Below are positions 25,000-32,000 of a stretch of 32,000 bases of DNA, in pieces (position 1 is the stretch's first letter; each line of letters begins with the position of its first letter). The position numbers were made by a program, and so were the translations under genes. This DNA is from Candidatus Methanoperedens sp. (GTDB taxonomy: Archaea > Halobacteriota > Methanosarcinia > Methanosarcinales > Methanoperedenaceae): NCBI GenBank assembly GCA_027460535.1, contig JAPZAR010000027.1:120001-152000 (forward strand), given 5' to 3'. A model generated the notes under the pieces. The model made no database searches. It worked only from the letters and a program-made list of their open reading frames with translations, and had not been told where the DNA came from.

Positions 25000-25038
25000 C
25001 AGGGATCAAGCCCTGCAATTCGACCTTAATGATCCCTG
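25000..25038. terminator. Hairpin between the convergent purM and DUF4389 genes
   Basis: A perfect 9-bp inverted repeat CAGGGATCA (25000-25008) / TGATCCCTG (25030-25038) has a 21-nt loop. It starts 3 nt after the purM stop. Confidence 0.35.
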
Positions 25039-25057
25039 AATAATAAGTTCTCACCGA

Positions 25058-25369
25058 TTATTTTTCAAATATTTTCACTGTTTTTGGCATTACCCCCGGA
25101 CGCTTGTCTGTCATGAAATAGATATAGCCCAGAACGTGGACCTTATATTCAAGATATCCCTTAATGAAGTTGCTCAATCCCTCGTTCCTGCGACCCAGTA
25201 TCAATATGCCGAACCACTGGATGATCATACATATTTCGGCGATGATCCCGTACACCGCTAATACAATTCCTATCGCAATCCAGTAAAGGATTCTGATAAA
25301 AAGCTCTAACCGGCTTGCATCGTGCTCATATACAAAAAGCTGTTTCATTTCCCCAGATTCTTCATTCAT
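25058..25369 (-). CDS. DUF4389-like small membrane protein
   Basis: Two TM helices are followed by ...WFGILILGRRNEGLSNFIKGYLEYKVHVLGYIYFMTDKRPGVMP, matching the general DUF4389 pattern. Confidence 0.55.
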   Translation of the reverse strand: MNEESGEMKQLFVYEHDASRLELFIRILYWIAIGIVLAVYGIIAEICMIIQWFGILILGRRNEGLSNFIKGYLEYKVHVLGYIYFMTDKRPGVMPKTVKIFEK

Positions 25370-25465
25370 GGTACCACCTTTTAGGCTTATAAAAGCCTAA
25401 TTATAACTGGGCCTGCATGATTATAGCCTTATCGATACCCGCATTTATGATAAGATTATTAATTA

Positions 25466-26581
25466 CTAATTGTCAGGTATCGGCAATCTGTATAACGTAT
25501 CTCGTTGCTGTGGAACACGCTTGATCTCCCTAATCAATCGACCAAACTCTTCAGGTGTCATGTATTCCCCGTTAGTAGCACCTGCGCTCCTGGATATATT
25601 TTCTTCCATCAATGTTCCCCCAAGATCGTTGGCACCGCAATCAAGTGCAGCTTGAGCCATTTTCTTGCCAAGCTTCACCCAGCTCGTCTGGATGTTCTTG
25701 ATATGCGGATAAAGGAGCACCCTTGCAAGCGCATGGAGTTTTAAATCCTCAATTCCCCTGGGGACATTCGTGCTACCGCCAAGTCTGTTGTTATTCGGCA
25801 AAAAAGGAAGAGGCACAAATTCTGTAAAGCCTCCTGTTTTTTTCTGTATTTCTCGAATTATGAAGATATGTTCAATTCTCTCCTGCAAAGTCTCGATGTG
25901 CCCGTACATGATCGTTGATGTTGTTGGAATCCCCTGCCTGTGCGCGCTCCTTACAACATCGATCCATTCATGCGTGGTGAGCTTTTCAGGACATATTTCT
26001 TCCCTCACCCTGTCAACAAGTATCTCGGCGGCCGTGCCAGGCATGGAGCCGAGCCCCGCCCTTTTCAGGCGCGAGAGCGCTTCTTTCACACTGATATTAC
26101 TGTTCCTCGCTGCATGGAACACTTCCATGGGCGAATATGCATGGATATGCAATTGCGGGAATTCTTCCTTTATGCTCTCGAGGATCTCGCAGTAATTAAA
26201 AATGTCCCAGTCAGGAAGAAGCCCTCCCTGGATGCATATTTCTGTGGCATTGATCTGCACGGCTTCTCTTGTTTTTTCAAGAATCTCGGGTATTGACAGG
26301 ATATAACCATCCGGCTTCTTAAATGCGCAGAACCTGCATGTTCCGATGCACCTGTTCGTAAAATTTATGTTCCTGTTGATAACATATGTGACCGAGTCCC
26401 CCACTGCCTTCCTGCGCAACGTATCAGCACATGAAAGCAGGAACGAAGTATCCTTGTAAAGAGCCAGGGCATCATCCGGAGTGCATTTTCCTGCCTCGAT
26501 ACGCCCCTGAATATCGTCCTGATAGTATCGTAATTTCTGTATTGTACCACCTGAGGTTTGAAGTATTAACGCAATACTCAT
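25466..26581 (-). CDS. cofH: FO synthase subunit 2 (7,8-didemethyl-8-hydroxy-5-deazariboflavin synthase, CofH)
   Basis: The radical-SAM motif lies in the context VTYVINRNINFTNRCIGTCRFCAF, which is typical of CofH. The length is 371 aa. Confidence 0.88.
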   Translation of the reverse strand: MSIALILQTSGGTIQKLRYYQDDIQGRIEAGKCTPDDALALYKDTSFLLSCADTLRRKAVGDSVTYVINRNINFTNRCIGTCRFCAFKKPDGYILSIPEILEKTREAVQINATEICIQGGLLPDWDIFNYCEILESIKEEFPQLHIHAYSPMEVFHAARNSNISVKEALSRLKRAGLGSMPGTAAEILVDRVREEICPEKLTTHEWIDVVRSAHRQGIPTTSTIMYGHIETLQERIEHIFIIREIQKKTGGFTEFVPLPFLPNNNRLGGSTNVPRGIEDLKLHALARVLLYPHIKNIQTSWVKLGKKMAQAALDCGANDLGGTLMEENISRSAGATNGEYMTPEEFGRLIREIKRVPQQRDTLYRLPIPDN

Positions 26582-27570
26582 TAATATGTTTTCCGAAATC
26601 CTTCTGCATCAGAAAGACTTTGAATCAATGGCGCAATTTCCTCACTGTACCACTTTTTTTTCACGTATTGCGGATAAATAGGCAAGCGTTCGCGAAGTGG
26701 AACTCCGAGGCTTGTTTGCAGTTCCCCTATATCAGGCCATGGACATTCGGGGTTAATATGATCGATGGTTTCAGGAGAGATACCACCAAGGTCGGAAGCA
26801 CCGCATCCTATCAGGTCCTTCGGGGGAATCAGGTTGGGAGATACCTGCACGGCGATATCCTCAGGAAGAATCCGCCGGGCCAGAGAAACGGTTTCCATCA
26901 TTTCTTTGACGCTTGGAGAGGAACATGAAGCCATTCTTGTCCCGGGTTTAGGTATAAAATTCTGGATTATGACTTCCTGGATATGTCCGTATTTTTCATG
27001 AAGTTCTCTTATAATGTGGATCGAACGTGCCCTGTCATCGTGTGTTTCGCCTATGCCCACGAGGATCCCTGTTGTAAAAGGAATGCCGAGTTTTCCTGCG
27101 CATTCGATGGTCTTTATGCGCGCCGAAGGATATTTTCCTGAACATCCGCGATGTGCACTGACATCTCCCACTGTCTCAAGCATGAGCCCCATGCTTGCGT
27201 TGTAAGGTTTCAGTTTTTCAAGCTCCCGGCTTTCAAGTATCCCGGGATTACTGTGTGGCAATAGGCCGATCCTGATCGAAAGCCTGCAAAGCTCTTCAAG
27301 ATAATCCAGGATCGTGCTATATCCGAAACCTTCCAGCAATTCCAGAAATCCATTAATCTCCTCCGGTTTCTCGCCAAAAGTGAAAAGCGCTTCAGAGCAG
27401 CCCGCATGTAATCCTCTTGAAAGTATATCCTTTACTTCCGCGGGTGAGAGGAGTTTTGCTTCGGGATCTCCGATATCCCGCCTGAACCCGCAGTAACCGC
27501 AGTCATTCCTGCAGATATTGGTGAGAGGGATAAAGACATTGCGAGAAAACGTGACAAAGGCCGGGTGCAT
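26581..27570 (-). CDS. cofG: FO synthase subunit 1 (CofG)
   Basis: VTFSRNVFIPLTNICRNDCGYCGF is the CofG-type radical-SAM signature. It overlaps cofH by 1 nt, in the same order as the domains of fused FbiC. Confidence 0.88.
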   Translation of the reverse strand: MHPAFVTFSRNVFIPLTNICRNDCGYCGFRRDIGDPEAKLLSPAEVKDILSRGLHAGCSEALFTFGEKPEEINGFLELLEGFGYSTILDYLEELCRLSIRIGLLPHSNPGILESRELEKLKPYNASMGLMLETVGDVSAHRGCSGKYPSARIKTIECAGKLGIPFTTGILVGIGETHDDRARSIHIIRELHEKYGHIQEVIIQNFIPKPGTRMASCSSPSVKEMMETVSLARRILPEDIAVQVSPNLIPPKDLIGCGASDLGGISPETIDHINPECPWPDIGELQTSLGVPLRERLPIYPQYVKKKWYSEEIAPLIQSLSDAEGFRKTY

Positions 27571-27615
27571 GGACTATAATTGAAGTGAATTGTACATAAG
27601 AATGTCGAACGTTAG

Positions 27616-27648
27616 TTTAAAGTAACCAAAAGGATATTTAAAGTGACC
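27616..27648 (-). promoter_or_regulatory. Candidate cofGH promoter region with a duplicated TATA-like box
   Basis: TTTAAAGTAACC (27616-27627) and TTTAAAGTGACC (27637-27648) are direct repeats 21 nt apart. They lie 46-78 nt upstream of the cofG ATG at 27570. Confidence 0.25.
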
Positions 27649-27738
27649 TCCATTTGGGGTAACCGAGCAGCCAAAGGTACAGGATGATGAATGTTTTAGA
27701 GAGGAAAATCTAAAAAATTTCGGAAATATGACGATTCG

Positions 27739-27747
27739 CTTATATGA
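27739..27747 (+). promoter_or_regulatory. Candidate TATA box for tRNA-Leu
   Basis: CTTATATGA is centred about 31 nt upstream of tRNA position 1 (27774). Confidence 0.3.
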
Positions 27748-27773
27748 TCAGATGATAATTTGCCCTGATATAT

Positions 27774-27856
27774 GCGAGAGTATCCAAGCGGCCAAAGGAG
27801 TTGGACTTAAGATCCAATTGCGCAGGCATTCGTGGGTTCAAATCCCATCTCTCGCA
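27774..27856 (+). tRNA. tRNA-Leu (anticodon UAA), class II with a long variable arm; CCA not encoded
   Basis: I folded the cloverleaf by hand. The acceptor is GCGAGAG/CTCTCGC with discriminator A. The D stem is TCC/GGA. The anticodon stem is TTGGA/TCCAA, with loop CTTAAGA. The variable arm is TTGCGCAGGCATTC. The T arm is GTGGG-TTCAAAT-CCCAT. Confidence 0.92.
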
Positions 27857-28063
27857 TCAACTATCTATTTTGCATAAGGGCGCATAGAAAAATGGACGTT
27901 GTGCTATTTTATTTTTCTCTCTGGGTATCATTTTTCAATTGAGGTAACCTTTGCCATAAAGAAAGCAACGAACATCTACAATCCGTGGCAGTCATGCCAG
28001 GATAAGTAGCACACTTATGCAGTCCAGAGAAAACACATTTTATCGTCTGAGATGGCTCCACAT

Positions 28064-28756
28064 TTATGCGGTTTCGATAATTTTTAACTTTTCTACCGCA
28101 TACGCGGCCTCTGAGCGCAAATTGCCATCTGGACTGTTGAAACGCAAGTCTTCCAGAATGCAAGAGACATCCTCAACGATCCCTGAATCCTTCTCGGCGA
28201 TTTTCTTTATTATCCTGCATGCATAAATCCGTTCATCTACTGTGAGCCCACTGAGAGCCCGAATCAGTTCTTTGGAGCGGCCCCTAAAAAAACCTGGTTG
28301 AGTAACTACCAGAATGGCCAGCGGGAAATAAGCCTTCTCTCTGACCTTCGGGCTGGAATTTCCCAGGCACACAAACAATTCAGAAATAGCAATGCTCATC
28401 TTCTCCGGATACTTTTGACAGATTTTGAACAGTATTTCGAGAGAACTTAATATCCAATCTTCATGGAACTTTCTTCCCGCTGTATCAATGAAACCCACGA
28501 TCATATCCAAGGAATCCGCTACCTTCCCGAGATCCTTATCAGCCGCGACATTTAAAGCCTGAATCGCCATACTGCAGGCTTTTGCATCCTCCTTTTGAAT
28601 TAAGCCGGTGAGGAAAGTTACAGTTTCTGCTACAACGGACGGCTGCTCATCAAGTGATGCCCCAAGAGATGCTATGTCCATCTCACTTGCCTGACCTGCT
28701 TTGATTTTATTAAGAATGCTTTTCACTTTTTTTTGTGGATTCTGAGGCCACATCAT
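28064..28756 (-). CDS. Hypothetical all-alpha protein, possibly HEAT/ARM-like repeat
   Basis: This is a 230-aa ORF with a helical-repeat-like composition (for example LEILFKICQKYPEKMSIAISELFVCLGNSSPKVREKAYFPLAILV). I recognise no catalytic motif. Confidence 0.45.
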   Translation of the reverse strand: MMWPQNPQKKVKSILNKIKAGQASEMDIASLGASLDEQPSVVAETVTFLTGLIQKEDAKACSMAIQALNVAADKDLGKVADSLDMIVGFIDTAGRKFHEDWILSSLEILFKICQKYPEKMSIAISELFVCLGNSSPKVREKAYFPLAILVVTQPGFFRGRSKELIRALSGLTVDERIYACRIIKKIAEKDSGIVEDVSCILEDLRFNSPDGNLRSEAAYAVEKLKIIETA

Positions 28757-28919
28757 TATCTCCTCTTAAGATATGGATAATGCCGTTCTTCGCGGCTCAA
28801 AATAGGTGATATTTCCCAGCACTTGACTCTTGACTGAATTGAATTTGATGCTATTGGTTCTGTTTCAACCAGTATTGACCAATGTGGAGGGCCTATCAGA
28901 TAATTATGGCACATGATCT

Positions 28920-29249
28920 CTAGTGATGAACATAAAACTTATAAAATATACTTAGCAAATACGCAAACAATGCAAAAATAAAGATAATCACTAAAATAGC
29001 CGTCCATGAGTCATTTGTGCTATCTCTAACGATTTTTTTCCTTTTTTCAAACCAAATATCAGTATCTGATGCATCAACGTCCGGCTGATGGCGAGTTGAC
29101 CTATCTATATAGCATGGATTCTGTTCAAAAATTCCATCATCTTTTGGGCATTTGGCCGCTGCACAAATAAAATGGCGTTTGCATGCCGTATTGTGAATTG
29201 GGTCCAAATAAAGATTCCTTTCAAGTATGAGTGGATACATTGGTCTCAT
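28920..29249 (-). CDS. Hypothetical tail-anchored membrane protein with a 4-Cys N-terminal domain
   Basis: The 109-aa product has Cys spacing C-x6-C-x4-C-x12-C (TACKRHFICAAAKCPKDDGIFEQNPCY) and a C-terminal TM helix (WTAILVIIFIFALFAYLLSIFY). Confidence 0.4.
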   Translation of the reverse strand: MRPMYPLILERNLYLDPIHNTACKRHFICAAAKCPKDDGIFEQNPCYIDRSTRHQPDVDASDTDIWFEKRKKIVRDSTNDSWTAILVIIFIFALFAYLLSIFYKFYVHH

Positions 29250-29483
29250 CTCCTATGAATTCGATCCCTTAGATAAAGGATATATTTTTCATATATTTAA
29301 AATCATGCATGCAAATATTAATCATGTAAACTTTTTTAAAATAATTACAAGCAAAAATCAAGTGCTTATATTTAACTTCACATAGCCTGGACCAAAAATT
29401 ATGGTTTGTAATGTAAGTATCTTGCTTATTTTAAAATTTTGAGTTAAATTTAATACAATTTCTTAAATATAAATATCATCCTG

Positions 29484-29518
29484 TTGCGCAGGCATTCGCT
29501 CAAATCCCATCGCACGCA
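29484..29518 (+). repeat. Degenerate copy of the 3' half of tRNA-Leu (variable arm to acceptor)
   Basis: TTGCGCAGGCATTCG (29484-29498) is identical to 27818-27832. CAAATCCCATC (29501-29511) is identical to 27839-27849. The T-stem segment TGGGTT is replaced by CT. The acceptor strand GCACGCA matches TCTCGCA at 5 of 7 positions. Confidence 0.85.
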
Positions 29519-29520
29519 CA

Positions 29521-30363
29521 CTAACCCTGCCCGGAATCATCATGCACCCACCACTCACCCGTTAGCGTATGTTCTTTTTTCCAGATAGGGACTTCTGCCT
29601 TCAGCCGTTCAACGGCTTCACGCAGCACTGGGAAAAGTTGTTCCCTGTGCTCTGCTGCCACAACAACGTACACAATATCCTCACCCGCTTTGATAATGCC
29701 AGTCCTGTGATGCATGAGCACATCCACAACACCTTCTTTGTGTTTGAGTTCGGTGCATATCTGATCCATTTTTTGCCGGGCAAGTCCTCCATATTCCTCA
29801 AATTCAAGAAATTCAGTGCGCACATCCTTTGTCTGCGTTCTCACAATCCCTGTGAATGTCCCGATGGCTCCCGCTTTTTCTATTTCCTTTGATCCTCTTA
29901 TTTTCTTGATGAGTGATTCCAGGGTATGATATTCAGGCTGATCCAGGACAATTTTTACAATTTCTCCGATATCCACATTCTCTAAATTATCCAGAGTCTT
30001 TACAATATTAGTGGCCACCACACTGCCGAGAGCTATTTTAGATAAAGTGCTTTCCTTAAAACCTTCAACTACCCCAAAATCAACTCCCTCATTGGCGAGC
30101 TCATCCATAGCTGATACGAGATTATTGTCATGTGAGAATTTTACAAGTTCGCTCCCTGTAACACCTATCACCACATCAGCGCCAGCCCGGGCATGTTTCC
30201 ATGTATCCGTGTCCGGCGTGTTTACGCTATGCTCCTGCATGTGTTTTACTGTTCCCACAGAACCATATTCTTTTAAAGCCTTTACAAGCAGTTCAACAAG
30301 TGTGGTTTTTCCGGATTTCTTATAGCCTATGACCGAAATTATTCTCATGAACCGAAACCTCAT
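29521..30363 (-). CDS. MobB-MoaE fusion: molybdopterin-guanine dinucleotide biosynthesis adaptor (P-loop) fused to the molybdopterin synthase catalytic subunit
   Basis: The N-terminal MobB P-loop is VIGYKKSGKTTLVE. The C-terminal MoaE motifs are GAIGTFTGIVR, HHRTGIIKAGEDIVYVVVAAEHREQLF and VPIWKKE. An alternative start is the ATG at 30348 (MRIISVIGY). Confidence 0.8.
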   Translation of the reverse strand: MRFRFMRIISVIGYKKSGKTTLVELLVKALKEYGSVGTVKHMQEHSVNTPDTDTWKHARAGADVVIGVTGSELVKFSHDNNLVSAMDELANEGVDFGVVEGFKESTLSKIALGSVVATNIVKTLDNLENVDIGEIVKIVLDQPEYHTLESLIKKIRGSKEIEKAGAIGTFTGIVRTQTKDVRTEFLEFEEYGGLARQKMDQICTELKHKEGVVDVLMHHRTGIIKAGEDIVYVVVAAEHREQLFPVLREAVERLKAEVPIWKKEHTLTGEWWVHDDSGQG

Positions 30364-30398
30364 TTATGGCAGGTGCATCTTCAAAGCACTATTCATAA

Positions 30399-32000
30399 CT
30401 ACATGGACTCAGGCGCAGTAATCCCGAGCGTATCGAGAGCATTTGCAAGCACGATACGGGAACAATCCACAAGCGCCAGGCGTGCAGTTCTGAGTTCTGG
30501 CTCGGCGCCCAACACTGGAATATACCTGTAGAACTGATTGAAAGCATCCGCGAGTTCTCTTGCGTATATGGCAACAAGATTTGGTTTCAATTCACGCGCT
30601 GAATTATCGATAATACTCCCGAAACTTGCCAGTTTCTTAATGAGCGCGATCTCCTGTTCCTCGAGGAGAATATTCGGGTCGTAATTCTCATAGGTAATGC
30701 CTTCCGCCTGTGCATTCTTCAGGATACTGCACGCCCTTGCATGGGCATACTGGATAAAGGGCGCCCCCTGCTTTTCAAAGTCCAGAGCTTCCTTCCAATC
30801 AAAAGTGGTTGCCTTTTCGGGTGAGACACGGATAATATCGTATCTTACGGCACCTATGCTCACAAAAGCTGCCACCTTTTTCTTGAATTCCTCATCGGTC
30901 TCCGGGCGCTTTTTATTTACTTCTTCATACGCGGCTTTCTCAACCTGGTCTAGGAGTTCATCCGCCGAGATGAAAACGCCGCGCCGGGTGCTCATCGAAC
31001 CTTCCGGCAGCGACACGAACTCAAAGATAACAATTTCCGGTTGCGTTAAACCCAGGATACCGAGGACGGCTTTAAGCTGCGAGGAAATGAGCTTATGGTC
31101 AGCCCCGAGAATGTCGATCATCCTGTCGCAATGGGATGCCTTCCATTCATGATAAGTAAGGTCGCGTGTGGTATAGAGAGAGGTCCCGTCGGATCTCTGT
31201 ATCACCAGGGATTTCTGGATCCCTTCATTTTTCAGGTCAACCATGAGAGCCCCGTCCTTGATATCTGCCCGGCCTGTCTCTTTGATGCGCTCTATCATCC
31301 TGTTGACCTCTCCAGAGCGTACGAACCTGGATTCCCATACGAATTTATCATGATGGATATTAATGCGAAGTAGTGATTCTTTTATTCCCTCCATTGCTGC
31401 TTCAATAGCATCCTTGAATTTTCCAATTATCTCATGGTCGCCTGTCTCATACTTTTTCATTAACATGTCAACTTCAGGCGAGTGCTCTTTTTCATCAACG
31501 AGTGATTTGTTAGCATTGATATAGACCTCTGCTATGGCATGGTCTTTCTTTTTGGTATCATCGAATTTGAAGTTCGAAAGTCCCCAGACCACCACCGCGA
31601 TCTGCCTTCCCATATCGTTTATGTAATACTGGGTCTCAACATCGTAGCCCGCGCGTTTCAATATCCGGGCAAGGGTATCACCTATCACGGAGTTCCTTAT
31701 ATGGCCTATGTGCAGCGGGCCATCGGGGTTTGCCGATGTATGCTCGAGGATTATTTTTCCCCTGTTACTGAGAGTTCCAAACTCCTCCCGTTCAAGCAGA
31801 ACGCTCAAAACCGTTTCATTGAGGAAGGGACGGCTCACAAAAAAATTGATATACGGACCTTTCATTTCCGCCCTGTCGACATAGGAATCCGGCGGTATTT
31901 TGATATTCGTATAAATTATTTCACTTATCTCTTTTGGGCTTCGCCTGTATTTTGGAGCCAGCTTGAATGCCACGGAAGATGCAATGTCTGCATGAGGCGA
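30399..32000 (-). CDS. argS: Arginyl-tRNA synthetase; the 5' end runs off the right edge of the window
   Basis: The class I HIGH motif is in SANPDGPLHIGHIRN, and the DALR anticodon-binding C-terminus is present. The reading frame stays open upstream of the track's GTG at 31973 through position 32000 (SPHADIASSVAFKLAPKYRRSPKEI), so the true N-terminus lies outside the window. Confidence 0.92.
   Translation of the reverse strand, partial: SPHADIASSVAFKLAPKYRRSPKEISEIIYTNIKIPPDSYVDRAEMKGPYINFFVSRPFLNETVLSVLLEREEFGTLSNRGKIILEHTSANPDGPLHIGHIRNSVIGDTLARILKRAGYDVETQYYINDMGRQIAVVVWGLSNFKFDDTKKKDHAIAEVYINANKSLVDEKEHSPEVDMLMKKYETGDHEIIGKFKDAIEAAMEGIKESLLRINIHHDKFVWESRFVRSGEVNRMIERIKETGRADIKDGALMVDLKNEGIQKSLVIQRSDGTSLYTTRDLTYHEWKASHCDRMIDILGADHKLISSQLKAVLGILGLTQPEIVIFEFVSLPEGSMSTRRGVFISADELLDQVEKAAYEEVNKKRPETDEEFKKKVAAFVSIGAVRYDIIRVSPEKATTFDWKEALDFEKQGAPFIQYAHARACSILKNAQAEGITYENYDPNILLEEQEIALIKKLASFGSIIDNSARELKPNLVAIYARELADAFNQFYRYIPVLGAEPELRTARLALVDCSRIVLANALDTLGITAPESM

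Larger units (their letters stand above)
27818..29518 (+). mobile_element. Possible remnant of a tRNA-integrated element (att-like direct repeats; no integrase present)
   Basis: The tRNA 3' half (27818-27856) is repeated in degenerate form at 29484-29518 in the same orientation. The interval is AT-rich by eye and carries two uncharacterised minus-strand ORFs. Confidence 0.4.

Noticed and set aside
25385-25410. The inverted repeat TAGGCTT-ATAA-AAGCCTA downstream of cofH, considered as a terminator
   Set aside because: The stem is short and has no adjacent T-tract on the relevant strand. It is too weak to call as a feature.
27909-28226. Small ORFs 27909..28163 (-) and 28017..28226 (+) just downstream of the tRNA, checked as possible integrase remnants
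   Set aside because: They show no integrase-like motifs (no R..HxxR..Y pattern). They overlap each other and the 3' end of the 230-aa ORF. They are most likely noncoding.
29304-29313. Recurrence of the CATGCATGCA motif, also seen at 3582-3593, as a possible shared regulatory or restriction-modification-related element
   Set aside because: There are only two short occurrences, in AT-rich noncoding DNA. This is compatible with chance, and there is no associated methyltransferase/endonuclease pair.
30389-30577. A 62-aa minus-strand ORF overlapping the 3' end of argS
   Set aside because: It is out of frame within argS, with no motifs. It is an overlap artefact.

Overview
The window is an archaeal chromosomal segment. 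Its gene content points to a Methanosarcinales-type methanogen or methanotroph, but the exact taxon cannot be determined from the sequence alone. The evidence is H4MPT C1-pathway genes (mch, ftr), split F420 FO-synthase genes (cofG/cofH), archaeal gatE, TFS, and a tandem-domain S-layer protein with a PGF-CTERM anchor.

Most of the window is densely packed housekeeping: gatE, an M20 peptidase, a DRG GTPase, Nudix, tfs, mch, thyA-like, nfi, a nitroreductase, hypB, ftr, hisS, hisF, purM, cofH, cofG, mobB-moaE and argS. There is one tRNA-Leu(UAA). No rRNA, CRISPR array, transposase or integrase was seen.

The less ordinary parts are:
1. A tRNA-Leu is followed 1.67 kb downstream by a decayed direct copy of its own 3' half. 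The two copies bracket an AT-rich islet with two uncharacterised genes.
2. A co-oriented cluster encodes a Gly/Met/Tyr-rich PepSY protein, an ArsR-type regulator, an unlisted 59-aa membrane peptide and a double-CxxC thioredoxin-fold oxidoreductase. A palindrome sits at the first promoter.
3. A translationally coupled trio encodes a polytopic-membrane::PNPOx-like fusion, a soluble PNPOx-like paralog and a MetW-like methyltransferase.
4. The S-layer gene carries an 891-bp internal tandem duplication with mosaic, partly perfect nucleotide identity. It is flanked by an unlisted GT-C-like membrane ORF and a membrane-anchored phosphodiesterase-like ectoenzyme.
5. Several structured leaders stand out, notably a duplicated decoy start region upstream of thyA.

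All functional calls rest on motif recognition by eye. No database search was run.
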